The position numbers were made by a program, and so were the translations under genes. Of a stretch of 64,000 bases of DNA, positions 14,500 to 27,974 are shown piece by piece (the stretch's first letter is position 1; each line of letters opens with the position of its first letter). Under the pieces are notes generated by a model. The model saw nothing but the letters and a program-made list of their open reading frames with translations. It searched no databases and had not been told where the DNA came from. Source of the DNA: Octopus vulgaris (taxonomy: Eukaryota); NCBI GenBank assembly GCA_951406725.2, contig OX597827.1, forward strand, positions 52,018,001 to 52,082,000, written 5' to 3'.

Positions 14500-14652
14500 T
14501 CTTCTTCTTCTTCTTCTTCTTCTTCTTCTTCTTCTTCTTCTTCTTCTTCTTCTTCTTCTTCTTCTTCTTCTTCTTCTTCTTCTTCTTCTTCTTCTTCTTC
14601 TTCTTCTTCTTCTTCTTCTTCTTCTTCTTCTTCTTCTTCTTCTTCTTCTTCT
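14500..14652. repeat. Pure (CTT)n microsatellite
   Basis: Seen directly. Confidence 0.98.
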
Positions 14653-15019
14653 ACTGCATTCTCCCTCTCTCTGTCACTATCTCTTGTTCTATGAAATATG
14701 TGTATGTGTTCGAGTGTGTATATACATACATACACACATACATATATGCAAACGTATATATATATATATGTACGTGCGTCGTGTGTGTGTGTGTATATTT
14801 CTGTGCGCGCGTGCTATACTGTATTATAGAATATATCTATAGATTTTTAGCCAACCCTGCTGAGATATGTCAGCACTAAGTCTTTAAACACACTATCTTC
14901 ATGGACAGAAAAAATGGGATCGGCCGTATTGGTTTCAATCCTGTGCTAGGATTTTATCTACGACCGAGTACGCTCCTTTACATTTTACACAGACACTACG
15001 CATAAATCCGTTTATTGTA

Positions 15020-15455
15020 ATAATAATCCTTTCTTCAATAGGAACATAGCCTGAAAGTTAGGGTAGAGAGCACGTTGATTACATCGAGCCAAGAGCGCAT
15101 TATTTTATTGATTCATGAAACGATGATAAACAAACCGACCTCGACGGAATTTGAACTCAGGACCTGAAGACAGACGAAAAGCATTTTGTCCAGCGTGCTA
15201 ACGATCCTGCCATCTAGCCAACTTAATAATAATAACGATAATTTTTTTCTAATTTTTCGCACAAGGCCAACAATTTTGATGGTAGGGCGAAGTCAATGAC
15301 ATCGACTCCTATGCTCAAATGATACTTATTTTCGATCCCGAAAGGTTGAAGGGCAAAATCGACCTCGGCGGTATTTGAACTCAGAACGTCAAGAACCGGA
15401 AGAAATACTGTAGGAAACTTCGTCCGATGTTCTAATGATTCTCTTAATCCGCCGT
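15020..15455 (-). mobile_element. Two adjacent SINE family B copies
   Basis: gacctcggcgg.atttgaactcagaacg core shared with many copies in the window. Confidence 0.75.
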
Positions 15456-15589
15456 CCTCAAAACTATTTCTTATAATAATAATTAAGCGTCACGCCTAGA
15501 CGTATCTGTCCTTTAATAATATGTAGAGCGGTTAACAACTAACCAGTCAGTAGCAATAGTAAGTAGAATTTTTGTATCGTAGCCATGTG

Positions 15590-16697
15590 GAAAGGAGTGT
15601 CTCACAAACGGAGCCCACACACGTTCATCTTCTAGAAATCATTGCAGGTGGCGCAACCTGAGTGCATGTCTGCGCATCAAAAGCCATGCCATGTATAAGA
15701 CGCCACGCAGAGGGATTTGGCAGCAGACCGACCGTCTGACAACTGGAACGCGTCCCTTCCACAAGAAAATAATAAGATATGTTCCAATCTAAAGAAACAG
15801 TAACTGGAGCAAGCACGACTGCCAGACGATAAATAATGACAGAGGTGATGTAAGCATTCACCACCTCTGTCCGACCTTTCAGGAACAACTTATTCTACCT
15901 ATTTCTGGGTAAAACAGGCCACCCTGTTCATCACCTCTTCCTAGTTCTTATCCAGCTGGAGGTTGGGACCAAACAAGACCCCGATCAGTTTAACTGACAC
16001 GTCAGTCCAGCGTCCAACGGCATCGATCTGTCTCTCCAGGTGCCCAGTCGCAATCCCACCGACTTGTCAGCGTTGATTTTGGCCTCTCCAACTGACTCAT
16101 ATTTCTTTACAATGGAGTCGATCGTCTCCACTTCGAATGCGTCTGACACCATGACAGTGACGTCATCCGCGTACGCCGACACTGCCCTCCCAGGTCCAGC
16201 CGCGAAAGAGTGGCCGCCTAACTGCTCCAACTACTGCAGCAGTGGTTCGAAAGCCAGCACATACAGAAGGGGTGACAGCGGACAGCCTTGACGGACCGAA
16301 CATGCGATACTAAACGGTACCAAAAATGGTCATTTACTTTGACCCCCGATCAGGTGCCACTGTGCATTGCAGCAATCCAGCCTCTGAAATCAGGTACGAA
16401 ACCGGCCGCTTTGAGGACGGCTTCCAAGTAGCGATGGTCTACCATATCGAAAGCTTTCGACTGATCTAAATTGATCAAGCCCCCACCGAAGCCAGCTTTA
16501 GTCCCAGCCCTCTCTGCGATGTGTCGCATAAGGTAGAGGTTGTCGTGGATAGACTTGCTCAGGATTACGTGCATTTGTGCCTCCCCGACCAGGCTACCAA
16601 CGACAAGCTCCAACCTTTTCGCTAACACCTTGGCCAAAATCTTAAACTCTGTATTTAGCAGAGCTATGGGCTGAAAATACCCTAGCACATCCGCCAT
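15590..16697 (-). mobile_element. Tx1/L1-clade LINE RT fragment
   Basis: PIALLNTEFKILAKVLAKRL, LDQSKAFDMVDH, VRQGCPLSP, AYADD and INADKS motifs, with frameshifts. Confidence 0.9.
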
Positions 16698-17010
16698 TGG
16701 TATGATAAGAAAGGGATGTCAGAAACATCTAGGTATGATAAGAAAAGGATGTCAGAAACATCTAGATAATATCCCAGGAGTACCATGTCTCAGAGAAATC
16801 CAAAAGATTGTGCTGACAAGTACTGCCCACATCCTTAGAAAAACCTTATCAATTTAAATGTCTGTGTTGTATTACATGGAGATATTTCGCTTCTGCCCCT
16901 GTCACTTCCCCTCCCCACGCTTTCTGTCATACTATAAAATCTCTTATTCTTCACTCACCCTAGGCTGTTGGGTGTGTCTCGGCGAGTGATTTTAACAAAC
17001 ATGCAGATTA
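16698..17010 (+). mobile_element. R4/Dong-like LINE 3' end with a 33-bp tandem duplication at its junction
   Basis: GMIRKGCQKHLDNIPG..LREIQKIVLTSTAHILRKTL*, followed by a UTR and a (TGA)n tail. Confidence 0.65.
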
Positions 17011-17769
17011 AAAGTAAATGATGATGATGAAGAGGAGGAGGAGGAGGGGGAGGACGAGGATTTCTATCAATGACTGTAAAATACAAAGAAATACAAAGAT
17101 ATGTTATACAAGGGGATTCCAAAGATATGTAGGTTGGGTGGAGACAGACAATTTATACAAAAATGAGGGGAAGGATGAAAGGCGTTTTACAATATATAAT
17201 GGGACAAAATACGAAGTTATAAAATAGCCAAACTATTTACACGGACTAAATAAATAACCATAAAACACACAGTTAAAACAATATACCCATATAAAAGTAA
17301 AACAACTTGCATTACTCTGCGCACCCCACTTTCTTAGTTAATCAACCAAATAAGATGTCGTATATACTCCCTCTCCTAATAAAGGAGATTTCACTTAAGA
17401 TAGCCACCAATTCTGTTTCTAAATCTTCGTTGAATGCAACGAAGAAAACTCCGAAGACTTTGCAAAGTATTGTTGAATTACCTTCCTCGTCTCATAAGTC
17501 TCCGTGATAGATTGTAGTAGGCTGGCATCAGCTTGGAGACGACATGCTTTCAAACTTTAGTTTTTTCAGCCAAATGTTCCATAGTGAGAGAATATTTGCA
17601 GGAAATCGTTTCGTTCCTCTTGCTCACATTTGATGTAGGATAAGCACGTATACAGTTGCTGATGTTATTGTTGCTGCTTCCAAATATGCTATCTCTATCT
17701 CTATATTTTTCTCTTCGATGATATCATTTTTTATTATCTACCATTTGTTTGCGTGTTCTTTAATATTGG

Positions 17770-17975
17770 CTTCAAACGTTGGCATAAAGCCAGCAAATTG
17801 GGGGTAAATCGATTTCATCGATCCCAGTGTTCAACTGGTACCTATTTTATCGACCCCCAAAAGGATGAAAGGCAAAGTTGACCTCAGCGAAATTTGAGCG
17901 CAGAACGTGAAGATGGACGAAATAACGCCAAGCATTTTGCCCGACGGGCTAACGATCCTGCCAGCTCGCCGCTGT
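17770..17975 (-). mobile_element. SINE family B
   Basis: Shared core, ending ctgccagctcgcc. Confidence 0.8.
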
Positions 17976-18737
17976 TGTGTGTTCTTTAATATTATTTCAA
18001 GTTTAGGGAGTATGGTTATTTTGCTTTGTTCAACGTAATCCGTCTGGGGAACGTATGCCAGAAACGAAGAAGCCATTTCTTGCCTTGCCGTTTGATGGAA
18101 AAATATAACTGAAATGTTTTTAAAAGTCAACCTTCTTGTACAACCCACGAAGGTATAGATTCTCTAAACTGTTCAATAATAGTCTATGTCGGAAATAAAA
18201 TCTAAAATGAAGATCTTTTCATTCAGTTACACTTGTTAAATATCGAGAAATACTATTACACACCGTCAATTGTTTCACCCACGCTTCATCAGAGATCAAA
18301 CTTAGCTATAAGCATCTAAACACGAATGATCGTAATATATTTTAATGAAATCTACTTGAAGGTGAATTACATCTCTACAATATATCCGAGAAATTCGAAA
18401 GCAACGATGGGCCAGGCCGAACAACATCTCGAAAGAGGAGTGTAACCACAATCAACCTAGACATTACAATTTTATAAAAAATAATCCCTACATACATATA
18501 TTTACATACGGTTGCACACATGTGTGTGTATGTATGTATATATATACACACACGCATATACATTATGTATGTATGTATGTATGTATGTATGTATGTATGT
18601 ATGTATGTATGTATGTATGTAGTGTTCTCTTCTTTTTTAATTATTTGAAGGTGCGGGTTTCTAACAAAGATACAAATCTCCATCCTTGGAATGTTGATGA
18701 CAAAAACAATGTCACATTTTCAACTTGAAAAAAGTCT

Positions 18738-18846
<109 letters not shown>

Positions 18847-18962
18847 TATTTATTTAAAATTAAGGATAAAATCTTTATAAGAAATTATCAGTAGTTAGCG
18901 TGAAAAACCTCGTAAGAGAAAAAATCTGTAAATTTTTCCACTTTGAAAATATTTATTTATAT

Positions 18963-19298
18963 TATATAGAGGGTACTATTATTCATAGGTACCGCACGCT
19001 AGGAGGGACTATTGCAGTCAAAACTAGTAAAATAAACAAATTGTACCGAATGCAAAACTTCAAAGCAAGTTATATGTCTTGAGTTATATGTCTTATATGT
19101 CTTGAGTTCGTTGCACTGAAGAGCATAGAATGCATATTCTGCATTGACTGCGAAATCACAGGTGATATGTAACTAAATTCTGTTTCTAAATGACTTGCTT
19201 TGAAGTTTTGCATTCGGTACAATTTGTTTATTTTAGTAGTTTTGACTGCAATAGTCCCTCCTAGCGTGCACCTATGAATAATAGTACCCTCTATATAA
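18963..19298. repeat. ~105-bp inverted repeat (18963-19070 / 19190-19298)
   Basis: Arms are near-perfect reverse complements. Confidence 0.9.
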
Positions 19299-19364
19299 TA
19301 TATACATATATATATACATATATATAAATATATATATATATATAAATATATATATATAAATATA

Positions 19365-19462
<98 letters not shown>

Positions 19463-19463
<1 letters not shown>

Positions 19464-19742
19464 GTGGAGGCGCAATGGCCTAGTGGTTAGGGCAGCGGTC
19501 GCAGGATCGCGGTTTCGATTCCCAGACCGGGCTTTGTGAGTGTTTATTGAGTGAAAACACCTAAAAGCTCCACGAGGCTCCGGCAGGGGGTGGTGATCCA
19601 TGCTGTACTCTTTCACCACTCTTTCTTCTGTTGGCCTGCTCGCTTAGCCAGCGGGGTGGCGTCATTCGAAGGCTAAAACAATGCGAACGCATTGTGACCA
19701 GCGATGTGTAACAACATCTGATGGTCTGGTCGGTCACGTGAT

Positions 19743-19748
<6 letters not shown>
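19463..19748 (+). mobile_element. tRNA-headed SINE family C
   Basis: A-box-like tggcctagtgg and B-box-like gtttcgattcc, with (TA)n flanks. Confidence 0.75.
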
Positions 19749-19801
<53 letters not shown>

Positions 19802-20359
19802 GGTGAGGTCTTGCTCCAGTCTCGGAGATGGCAATGGCTGCCGCGAAATCTCATCCAATATGGCGCTGACTGTTTGCGCTGCGACACGGTCCTTAGTGGA
19901 GTTCTCTCTCACTAATAGCTATTATTACAGCTTCATACTCAACCCGGTGGGATAAATGAGACATTTTCAGATTTGAAATTTCCCCTGTCTCAGACTGTTC
20001 TTTTCTTCCTCTCCGAACCTTTACTCTTTCCTCTTTGTGATGAAGAGCTATGTTCCAAATGTTTCACTCCAACTTTTTTCCCATCTTAAACTGAACGTCA
20101 ACCTAATACATTCACAGACAGATTTTTTTTACTTTTGTTGTTTGTGTTATTTTTATGTTTTTATTTTTTGTTTGAGTTTTAATTTGCCAACACACACACA
20201 CACAAACACACACACACAAAGAGAGGACTTTTTAAATCTCTTCAAACCACTTCAAGTTTTTTTTTAAATTTTCAACAGATTATTTTGAAAAAGTATAGTT
20301 ATAGTATACTTTTTCATACTGCTGACTAAAATCACATTGATTTTTTTTTCTGGAAATTA

Positions 20360-20578
20360 ATAATCCTTTCTGCTATAGGAACAAGGCCTGAAATTTGTGG
20401 GGAGGGAATAAGTCGATCACATCGATCCCAGTACTTGGCTGGTACTTAATTTATCGACCCCGAAAGGATGAATGGCAAAGTCGGCCTCGGCGGAATTTGA
20501 ACTCAGAATGTAAAGACGCACGAAATGCAGCTAAGCATTCTGCCCAACGTGCTTACGACTCTGCCAGCTCGCCGCCTT
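20360..20578 (-). mobile_element. SINE family B
   Basis: Shared core. Confidence 0.8.
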
Positions 20579-21879
20579 TTTCTAGAAATTAATTTAAAAA
20601 AACAGTTTCAAGCATTTAAAATAATGTAAGTCAACAGCCTCAATTGCCAGACACACCGGAAGTCGTTATTTTTTGGAAGCAGCACACACGAAATCTTCAC
20701 TTGGTCTCTCGGCCTGCTAGAAATAGCCACCAACTCTTCCTTAAACTATGCTATAGTATCTAAAGTACTAAAAAGATGAAACATTGTGCCGTAGTTTCGT
20801 TTATTTCCTTGCCTGAGGCAGCTCCAGTGCTTTCCACTAGTAACACTTAAATTAAAATCAATGTCCATGGATGTGTCGGACTCACGACCCTTCAAACATT
20901 TACTGCACCTTACAGATCGATATGTTATGTATTTCTCTTCTTATAACAAAACTGTAAACAGTGTATGAAGTGTAGCGTTGATACTGCTGTTGCCAATGAT
21001 AATGATGGTATTGGTGGTATTCTTCCTCTATCACCAAACCTTTTACCTTTTACTTGTTTCAATCCTTAGTCTGCCGCCATGCTGGTGCACCGCCTTGACG
21101 AATTTTCTGTCGAATTAATCAAACTTAGTACTTGTCCTTTTTCCAGCCTGGTACTTATTCTCTCAGTCGCAAAGACAGATAGAATGATGTTGTAAGAGAA
21201 CAGAATTAGAGCTAGTGAGAATTGTAGGGCCTTGTCTCACAGTTGCTTTCTCCCTCTGACCAAGGTTAGTCAGCCAGACCTCGTTGAGTCGTCACCGACT
21301 GTGACTAACTGATTTTTGCTTGGGGTATGCTAGCTTATATAAAGATCCAGAAGGATAGATATATCATTGAGAACAATATATTTAGTTGGTGGTCTTGTTA
21401 TCTCTATTCTAGCTTTTGGTGAAGTAGAAGAGGTTAGAAAGGGTCAAGTGGTGAAGACATTGTTTCGGCCTAGCTAAAGGCACCTGGAAAATGTAAAACT
21501 GCTGTCAGAGAAAAACCATTGTTCCCTCGTGGGAAAAGTTCTGTTGCAGTGTTAATCTAAATTTGGCTGTGGTGGATCGAATCCACTTCATGCATGCATG
21601 ACTCACTTTACACATATTCTACAATGTCATTCTAAAAATGAACAATCACATCTTGATATCTTGAAGGTTCAAGATAATACATAATTGAAGCAGCCGATAG
21701 AGTAAAATTACATAATTTTAAATGCTTGTAACTTTTATTATTAATTTCTAGAAAAAAGTCAATATGACTTTTGTCATCAGCATTAGATCTTTTAAAAATA
21801 ATCTGGTGAAAATTAAAAAAAAAAACTTGACGTTGTTGGAAGAAATTTCACAAGATCTTATACACATACGTGCGCGCGA

Positions 21880-21922
<43 letters not shown>

Positions 21923-22014
21923 TGTGTGTTGGCTGACGGGCGTGCGTAAGGCTATCAGAAATGAGTTTGTGATGCTGATTTGTGCGGGTATGTGTATTTA
22001 TGTGCGAATGTGTG

Positions 22015-22070
<56 letters not shown>

Positions 22071-22411
22071 CGTGCGTGTGTATCCGTTTACAGTTAGTTC
22101 GTGTGTTTGAGGCTATCGGACAAATTAAGTATGTGCGCCTGAAGCTGATGTGTATATTTCGTGTCTTAGTGTGTGTGTATACGTGTATATAGGCACGTGT
22201 ATGTGTGTGAGACTCTCTGACGCATGTGTGTGAATGTAATAAGAGGATACTGTCATATGGGATAGAAGTGTTAGGTGAAATGGAGATGACAAAAGTTTGT
22301 AGATGTAGGTGCTAGTAAGTCTGGAATTGGAAGGAGTGTGTGTTTTTGTGTATGTGTGTGTGTGCGTTCGTGTGTGTGTGTGTGTGTGTTTGTGTGTGTG
22401 TGTGCGTTCGT

Positions 22412-22459
<48 letters not shown>

Positions 22460-22619
22460 CTGATAGTGTGTAGAGTAGGAAAGAGAAATTGAGTTTCATT
22501 CACATATATGTGCACACTAACATACACGTGCATACACACACATACACAGATATAGGCATAAACAATACACATATCTAAGGCTGAAGCATCGAAAGTGAAC
22601 GGAAACATCTCATGGCATA

Positions 22620-23600
22620 AAAATTTAAATCTTTTAAATTCATTTCCTTCACGCGCTGAAAAAAATTATGGGGAAGAAATTAAGTCTTTGAACATCGTTG
22701 TGTACTTAAGAAGTAAAATAATTTATAAATCCAAGCAGATATCTAGAAAGCACTTGGTGTTAAACAAACTTCGTTAGCTATATCAAACAATCAGCAATAA
22801 ATTCAAGTAGAATTCATATCCAAGGTAATCCGTTATATATGACAAGTAAATCCAAATATCGCTCAGAAGAATTTCAAGAAATTTGTAATATAAGACAACA
22901 AGAAAATGGAGAAAATCACATCTTTAATTGATGATTACACCATCTATTACCGACAATGCTTTTTATTGTGCCAGCATATTTAGATACAGAAAAAAAAACG
23001 GATAAAACACCAGTCAAATTAACAGATTCAAAAATATATGCTACCACAATGTTATCAAGGTAATCCAAAGTGGACGACTTCAAACTGAACTAAGAATACA
23101 TCTACGATAGACGAACGCATACAAAAATAACGTTAAGAAGAAATATAATATCTGACTTAACTTTTGGTGATGCTTCTTTCACCCGAGGACGTAGCTTAAA
23201 TATTCTGCATTATTTTAAAGGATTTTTTGCATTTTGCATTAATGCAAACGTATAAATGATTTATTTATCATCAAATATAATAATATAAATTATTTACATG
23301 TTTTTTAAGTTACGAAACAATTTGTCTTGATATTAGAATTTTTTATTGTTAAATAAAATTTCATCAAACTATTTCTGTCATTTATATATATATATAACTT
23401 AAATAATGAGGGTGATAAATTGAATATTAATTTAATTAACATCAATTTAAAACCAGTGGCCTAGCATATAGAAAAATCTGAAAATTCAGTAGGTAACCGG
23501 TCTACGATTAATTCTTTATTTTGTATATTTTCATTTGTCTTACCCGCTTATGTTCTGGTGTTTGCTGAATTTTTCTAGAGAACATACTTTTCTTTGTGGT
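22620..23600 (+). mobile_element. Highly degenerate retroelement relic (probably Penelope-like)
   Basis: A-rich coding-like remnant with many stops; assignment is weak. Confidence 0.35.
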
Positions 23601-24336
23601 TAGATCGGAGGTGATCTATTTCAAGCATATTGGATGTCCACTTATTAGCATTATATATATATATATTGTCCTGTTATATTATTCATTAATATTTATTGTT
23701 CAGATAAATCTTTATTATGTAGTTCAACGGGAGAAAGGGAGAAATAATGGAGGGGGCTACGAAGTCAATTCCTTTTAGGAACGAAAATTTTGAAAGGATT
23801 TTTTCCACCGACATCATTCGCATATGACCTTAAGTAAATAAGCTGCTGATAGTAAAATCCGCAGGCTTTTTCTGCACTTTTTGACATTGGTCGAAAATAT
23901 GAATAACCTTTAACGTGTGTGTTAATCGTTGCACTTTTTGACGACGTAAGTGCACCAATGATTTACTATAATAATAGTTCGTTAAACTCTCGTTGATTTA
24001 AGATCAATAAAAGATTAAAATAATCTATATAAAACTTTCCATCTTATATAATTCTCTTTGGACCCAATTCTTCAAAGTATGTTAAATAAAAACAAATCAT
24101 GTAATCTTATATATATCAACTATCAAATATGTGGAATGTATGTTATATCAAGGGCTTTATAAAATACCAGTTTCAACCTATTTCCCCTTAAAATACCGTC
24201 ATAGAATACCATTTCTGGTGGCACAATTAAACCAGCATGTGTGTGTGTATGTATGTGTATGTATGAATGTATGCATGTATGTATGTATGTATGTATGTAT
24301 GTATGTATGTCTGAATATATATATATATATATATAG

Positions 24337-24375
<39 letters not shown>

Positions 24376-24391
24376 CATATACATACATAAA

Positions 24392-25627
24392 CAGGGGTTG
24401 GACGAAATAACGGAAACACCTTAAAATTTCAAACAACTTTATTTTAATATGAGGTAGGACTGCCTTTGTCAGTAATTACACCTTGAATTCTATGAGGTAT
24501 AGACTCGTACAAAGATTGAATTGTTTCCAAAGGAATTTTTATCCATTCTTCAGCTAAAACAGTCTCCAGTTCTTGTAGTGATGATGGTGGAGGATATCGA
24601 CTTGTTTTTCTAAAATGCACCATAAATGTTCAATAATATTGAGATCTGGGGACTGTGGGGGCCAGGTATGATGTTCAACTACACTAGAATGTTCCTCGTG
24701 CCATTCAGTAACAACTTTAGCTGTGTGAATTGATGCATTATCATCCTGAAACGCAACCATAGGATGAATTTGATCAGATAAAATCCTTAAATAGTCTTGA
24801 CTATTAATTCTGCCATAAAGGAAAACCATTGGACTGGCGGATTTCCAAGATATACCCCCTCCCCCAGATCATCACGGAGTCTCCTCCATGTTTAACAGTT
24901 GGAAGCAGGCAGTCTGGGTCAAATGCTTCTTTTGGCTGTCTCCATACGTATACTCGGCCGGTGGTCAGAAATAAGGTAAAAGATAACTCGTCCGAAAAAA
25001 TAACATTCTTCCCGGGACCAATTCTGTAGGTTTTTACACCACTCTAAACGCTTTGCAACGTTTGTTTTTGAAAGTAGTGGTTTTCTGATTGCAGCCCTCC
25101 CGTGAAATCCGGCTTTATGCAGCTCCCGGCTAACAGTTTTTGTGGAAACTGAGTTCTCAAAGTGGTCATTAAGCTCTGCAGTAATTTTGGGAGCTGTACT
25201 TTTGTGATCCTTTTTAACAATTTGTGTAAGAATCCGATGGTCCCTATCTGTAAGTTTTGGTTTTCTTCTGGAGTTTTGTTTCGACGAGAAGAGTTTTCTC
25301 TCTTTCTCAAAGGCTATTATTACTTTCAAAACTGTACTTCTTGATACACCAAACATTTCGGCTGTTTCGGCTAGTTACGCTAGCGCCTGCCATACGAGCA
25401 CCAACAATTTGACCTCTTTGAAAGTTAGATAAATCTGTCATTTAAATGAATTTTAATTACCTTTTTCTGATGATATCTGAAAAGAAACAGTAATTCTAGC
25501 AAAACATATTAAGCAACACTAATAATAAATATAAAAAAACATAAAAATAAACTTTTACGGTTTTATAGATATTTCAAAATTATAATGCTATGATGCTAGG
25601 TGTTTCCATTATTTTGTCGAACCCCAG
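24392..25627 (-). mobile_element. Tc1-like DNA transposon with TIRs and a frameshifted transposase
   Basis: TIRs caggggttggacgaaataacggaaacacc / ggtgtttccattattttgtcgaaccccag, then TA on the right. Transposase starts MTDLSNFQRGQIVGARMAG at 25441 and has the DD34E-type QDDNASIH...WPPQSPDLNIIEHLW. Confidence 0.92.
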
Positions 25628-25932
25628 TATATGGAAGAGCGTAGGCTCGAAACGTTAAAAACTTTTTCACTTCCCGAGCGTTAAACTAATACATCTGTTT
25701 GTTGTCTACACCATCTGTCTTCGTCTTTTGTGAATTCTCCTTGTATGTTTGTTTGTATGTATGTATGTATGTATGTATGTATGTATGTATGTATGTATGT
25801 ATGTATGTATGTATGTATGTATGTATGTATGTGTATATGTATGTATGTATGTAACAGTATTAATGAAATAGATGGAATGAGTAAAAGATTTTATTGGGTA
25901 CGACACATGTTTCGACCCATTCTGGGTCTCTT

Positions 25933-25987
<55 letters not shown>

Positions 25988-25989
<2 letters not shown>

Positions 25990-26312
25990 GAGGTGCATTC
26001 CAGAAGTTTTAAGACATTTTTGGAGAGGCAGTTGTAACTGTCCTAGATTATTGTAAATTTAGTGTATCATTACTATACATCTAAGAAGCTGATCTAGCAA
26101 CTTTTTTTTTATTATTCCAGATTGAAGGAGACAACTGTAACAGCACTTTGAACACACACTGCTAAACACTGCTTGTCGCAGTTGACTTAGTTTGCAGAAT
26201 GCAGTCGGGACGTGAATACCATTTGGAAACTTACTACGCAATAAAGTTTTGTGTTAAACTGGGCAAAAACACTGCAGAAACTTATAAAATGCTCCAGACT
26301 GCATATGGATTA
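25988..26312 (+). mobile_element. mariner 5' fragment
   Basis: YAIKFCVKLGKNTAETYKMLQTAYG HTH motif and a cgagg-type left end. Confidence 0.75.
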
Positions 26313-26356
26313 AATTTTCAGCTGGGAAGGAAGGAAGGAAGGAAGAAAGAAAGGAA

Positions 26357-26430
<74 letters not shown>

Positions 26431-26848
26431 AATGATTGTGCGCGTGGAGAATGATATGGTTAAAGAGTGAATAGGAATGATCATTCGCGGCAGGCTTCAT
26501 TACTTTCCAGTCTTCAAATCCACAATAAAAACACTTTCCAAACACTAGTCTCGTTGAGAATTATTCTTTTAGTATGCTGGGTTTTTTTTTCTTCGTTGCT
26601 TTTGTTGTTGTTTTTTCAACTAAATATCTTATTTGTATTAGTTCTTCTAACTGTGCAACAAATAACCAATATATTAGAATTCCATGTGTATTGCTGTTTG
26701 TGTATTGTAATTGTTTCAATTGTTATGAAACCCAGATTTGAGTGTCACACAAAGTATGTATAGAAAACAAAACAAAACAAAACATGACAACGTTTATAAA
26801 AAAATGTAGCTAAGTATCTTATAAACATTTTTCTTTTTTATTCATATA

Positions 26849-27226
26849 GGCGCAGGAGCGGCTGTGCGGTAAGATGCTTGCCTCCCAACCACATGGTTCC
26901 GGGTTCAGTCCCAGTGCGTGGTACCTTGGGCAAGTGTCTTCTACCATAACCTCAGGTTGACCAAAGCCTTATGAGTGGATTTGGTAGACGGAAACTGAAA
27001 GAAATCCGCCGCATGTGTGTATGTGTGTGTGTGTGTGTCTTTGTCCCTCCACCATCGCTTGACAACCGATGTTAGCGTGTTTACGTCCCCGTAATGTAGC
27101 GGTTCGACAAAAGAGATCGATAGAATAAGTACTAGGCTTGCAAGGAATAAGTCCTTTGTACGACTAAAGGCGGTGCTCCAGCATGACCGCAGTCAGATGA
27201 CTGAAACAAGTAAAAGGAATAAAAGA
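26849..27226 (+). mobile_element. SINE family A, full length
   Basis: tRNA-like head ggcgcaggag.ggctgtg.ggtaag...ggttcagtccc, internal (GT)n, tail gactgaaacaagtaaaag. Confidence 0.88.
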
Positions 27227-27499
27227 GAATGTGTGTGTGTGTGTGTGTGAAAACTAAGTTTCTTCTATGTCAGAACGACATAGAAGTAGCAGTCTGTTTT
27301 TTTTTTTAAGGTATCACGAATATATACTCGATCAGTGAAATTAGAAATGAATAGGCTTATGTAGCTCCACCTCTGTTTCACCTAAGATGATGGTGAATTT
27401 GACAGGTTGAACAAATAGATTTTAAGTGCACGAGAATAATAGAAACAAACGTGAAGGCTCTTAGAAGAGATTAACAACTAGTAGGTTTTCGAAAGCTTT

Positions 27500-27974
27500 T
27501 CACACTCGTGGATACTGGAGTTACTCCACACAAATAAGGTATCCCCAACACAACATGCAATGACAAAATGGAAAACTGTTATATAACTGAAAAACAAGGA
27601 TGACCATCAAAACTAGCCTTATAAGAAGAGTAATTTTCCAAGGTGACTCGCTGTCCCCACTACTTTTCTGTCTGGCTCTGACCCACCTAACAAAGTTGCT
27701 AAATGAAACCACTTCGGAGTACAAGTGATATGAACAAAATATAAGCCACCACCTGTACGTGAACAACTTGAAAATCTCTGCAAAAAGTAACAATGAATTA
27801 GAAAACCTAAAAATTGCCTATAGTTTCAGCAAAGACACAAAAACGAATATGGGATTAAACAAATGCGCCAAACGACATTAAGATTCTAACTAACCAGCAC
27901 TGAAAATATTGCGCTAGACACAGAGACTGAAATTGGAGAATTAGATCATAATACCCACACAAATACCTAGGAAT
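27500..27974 (+). mobile_element. R4/Dong-like LINE RT fragment, interrupted by a hAT (resumes at 31154)
   Basis: IFQGDSLSPLLFCL and ISHHLYV motifs; the HKYLGI|DE motif is split by the insertion. Confidence 0.8.

Noticed and set aside
14457-14879. Poly-F, poly-L and poly-E ORFs
   Set aside because: They are frames of a pure (CTT)n tract.
19463-19530. tRNA gene
   Set aside because: Has A/B boxes but no full cloverleaf, and continues into a SINE body.
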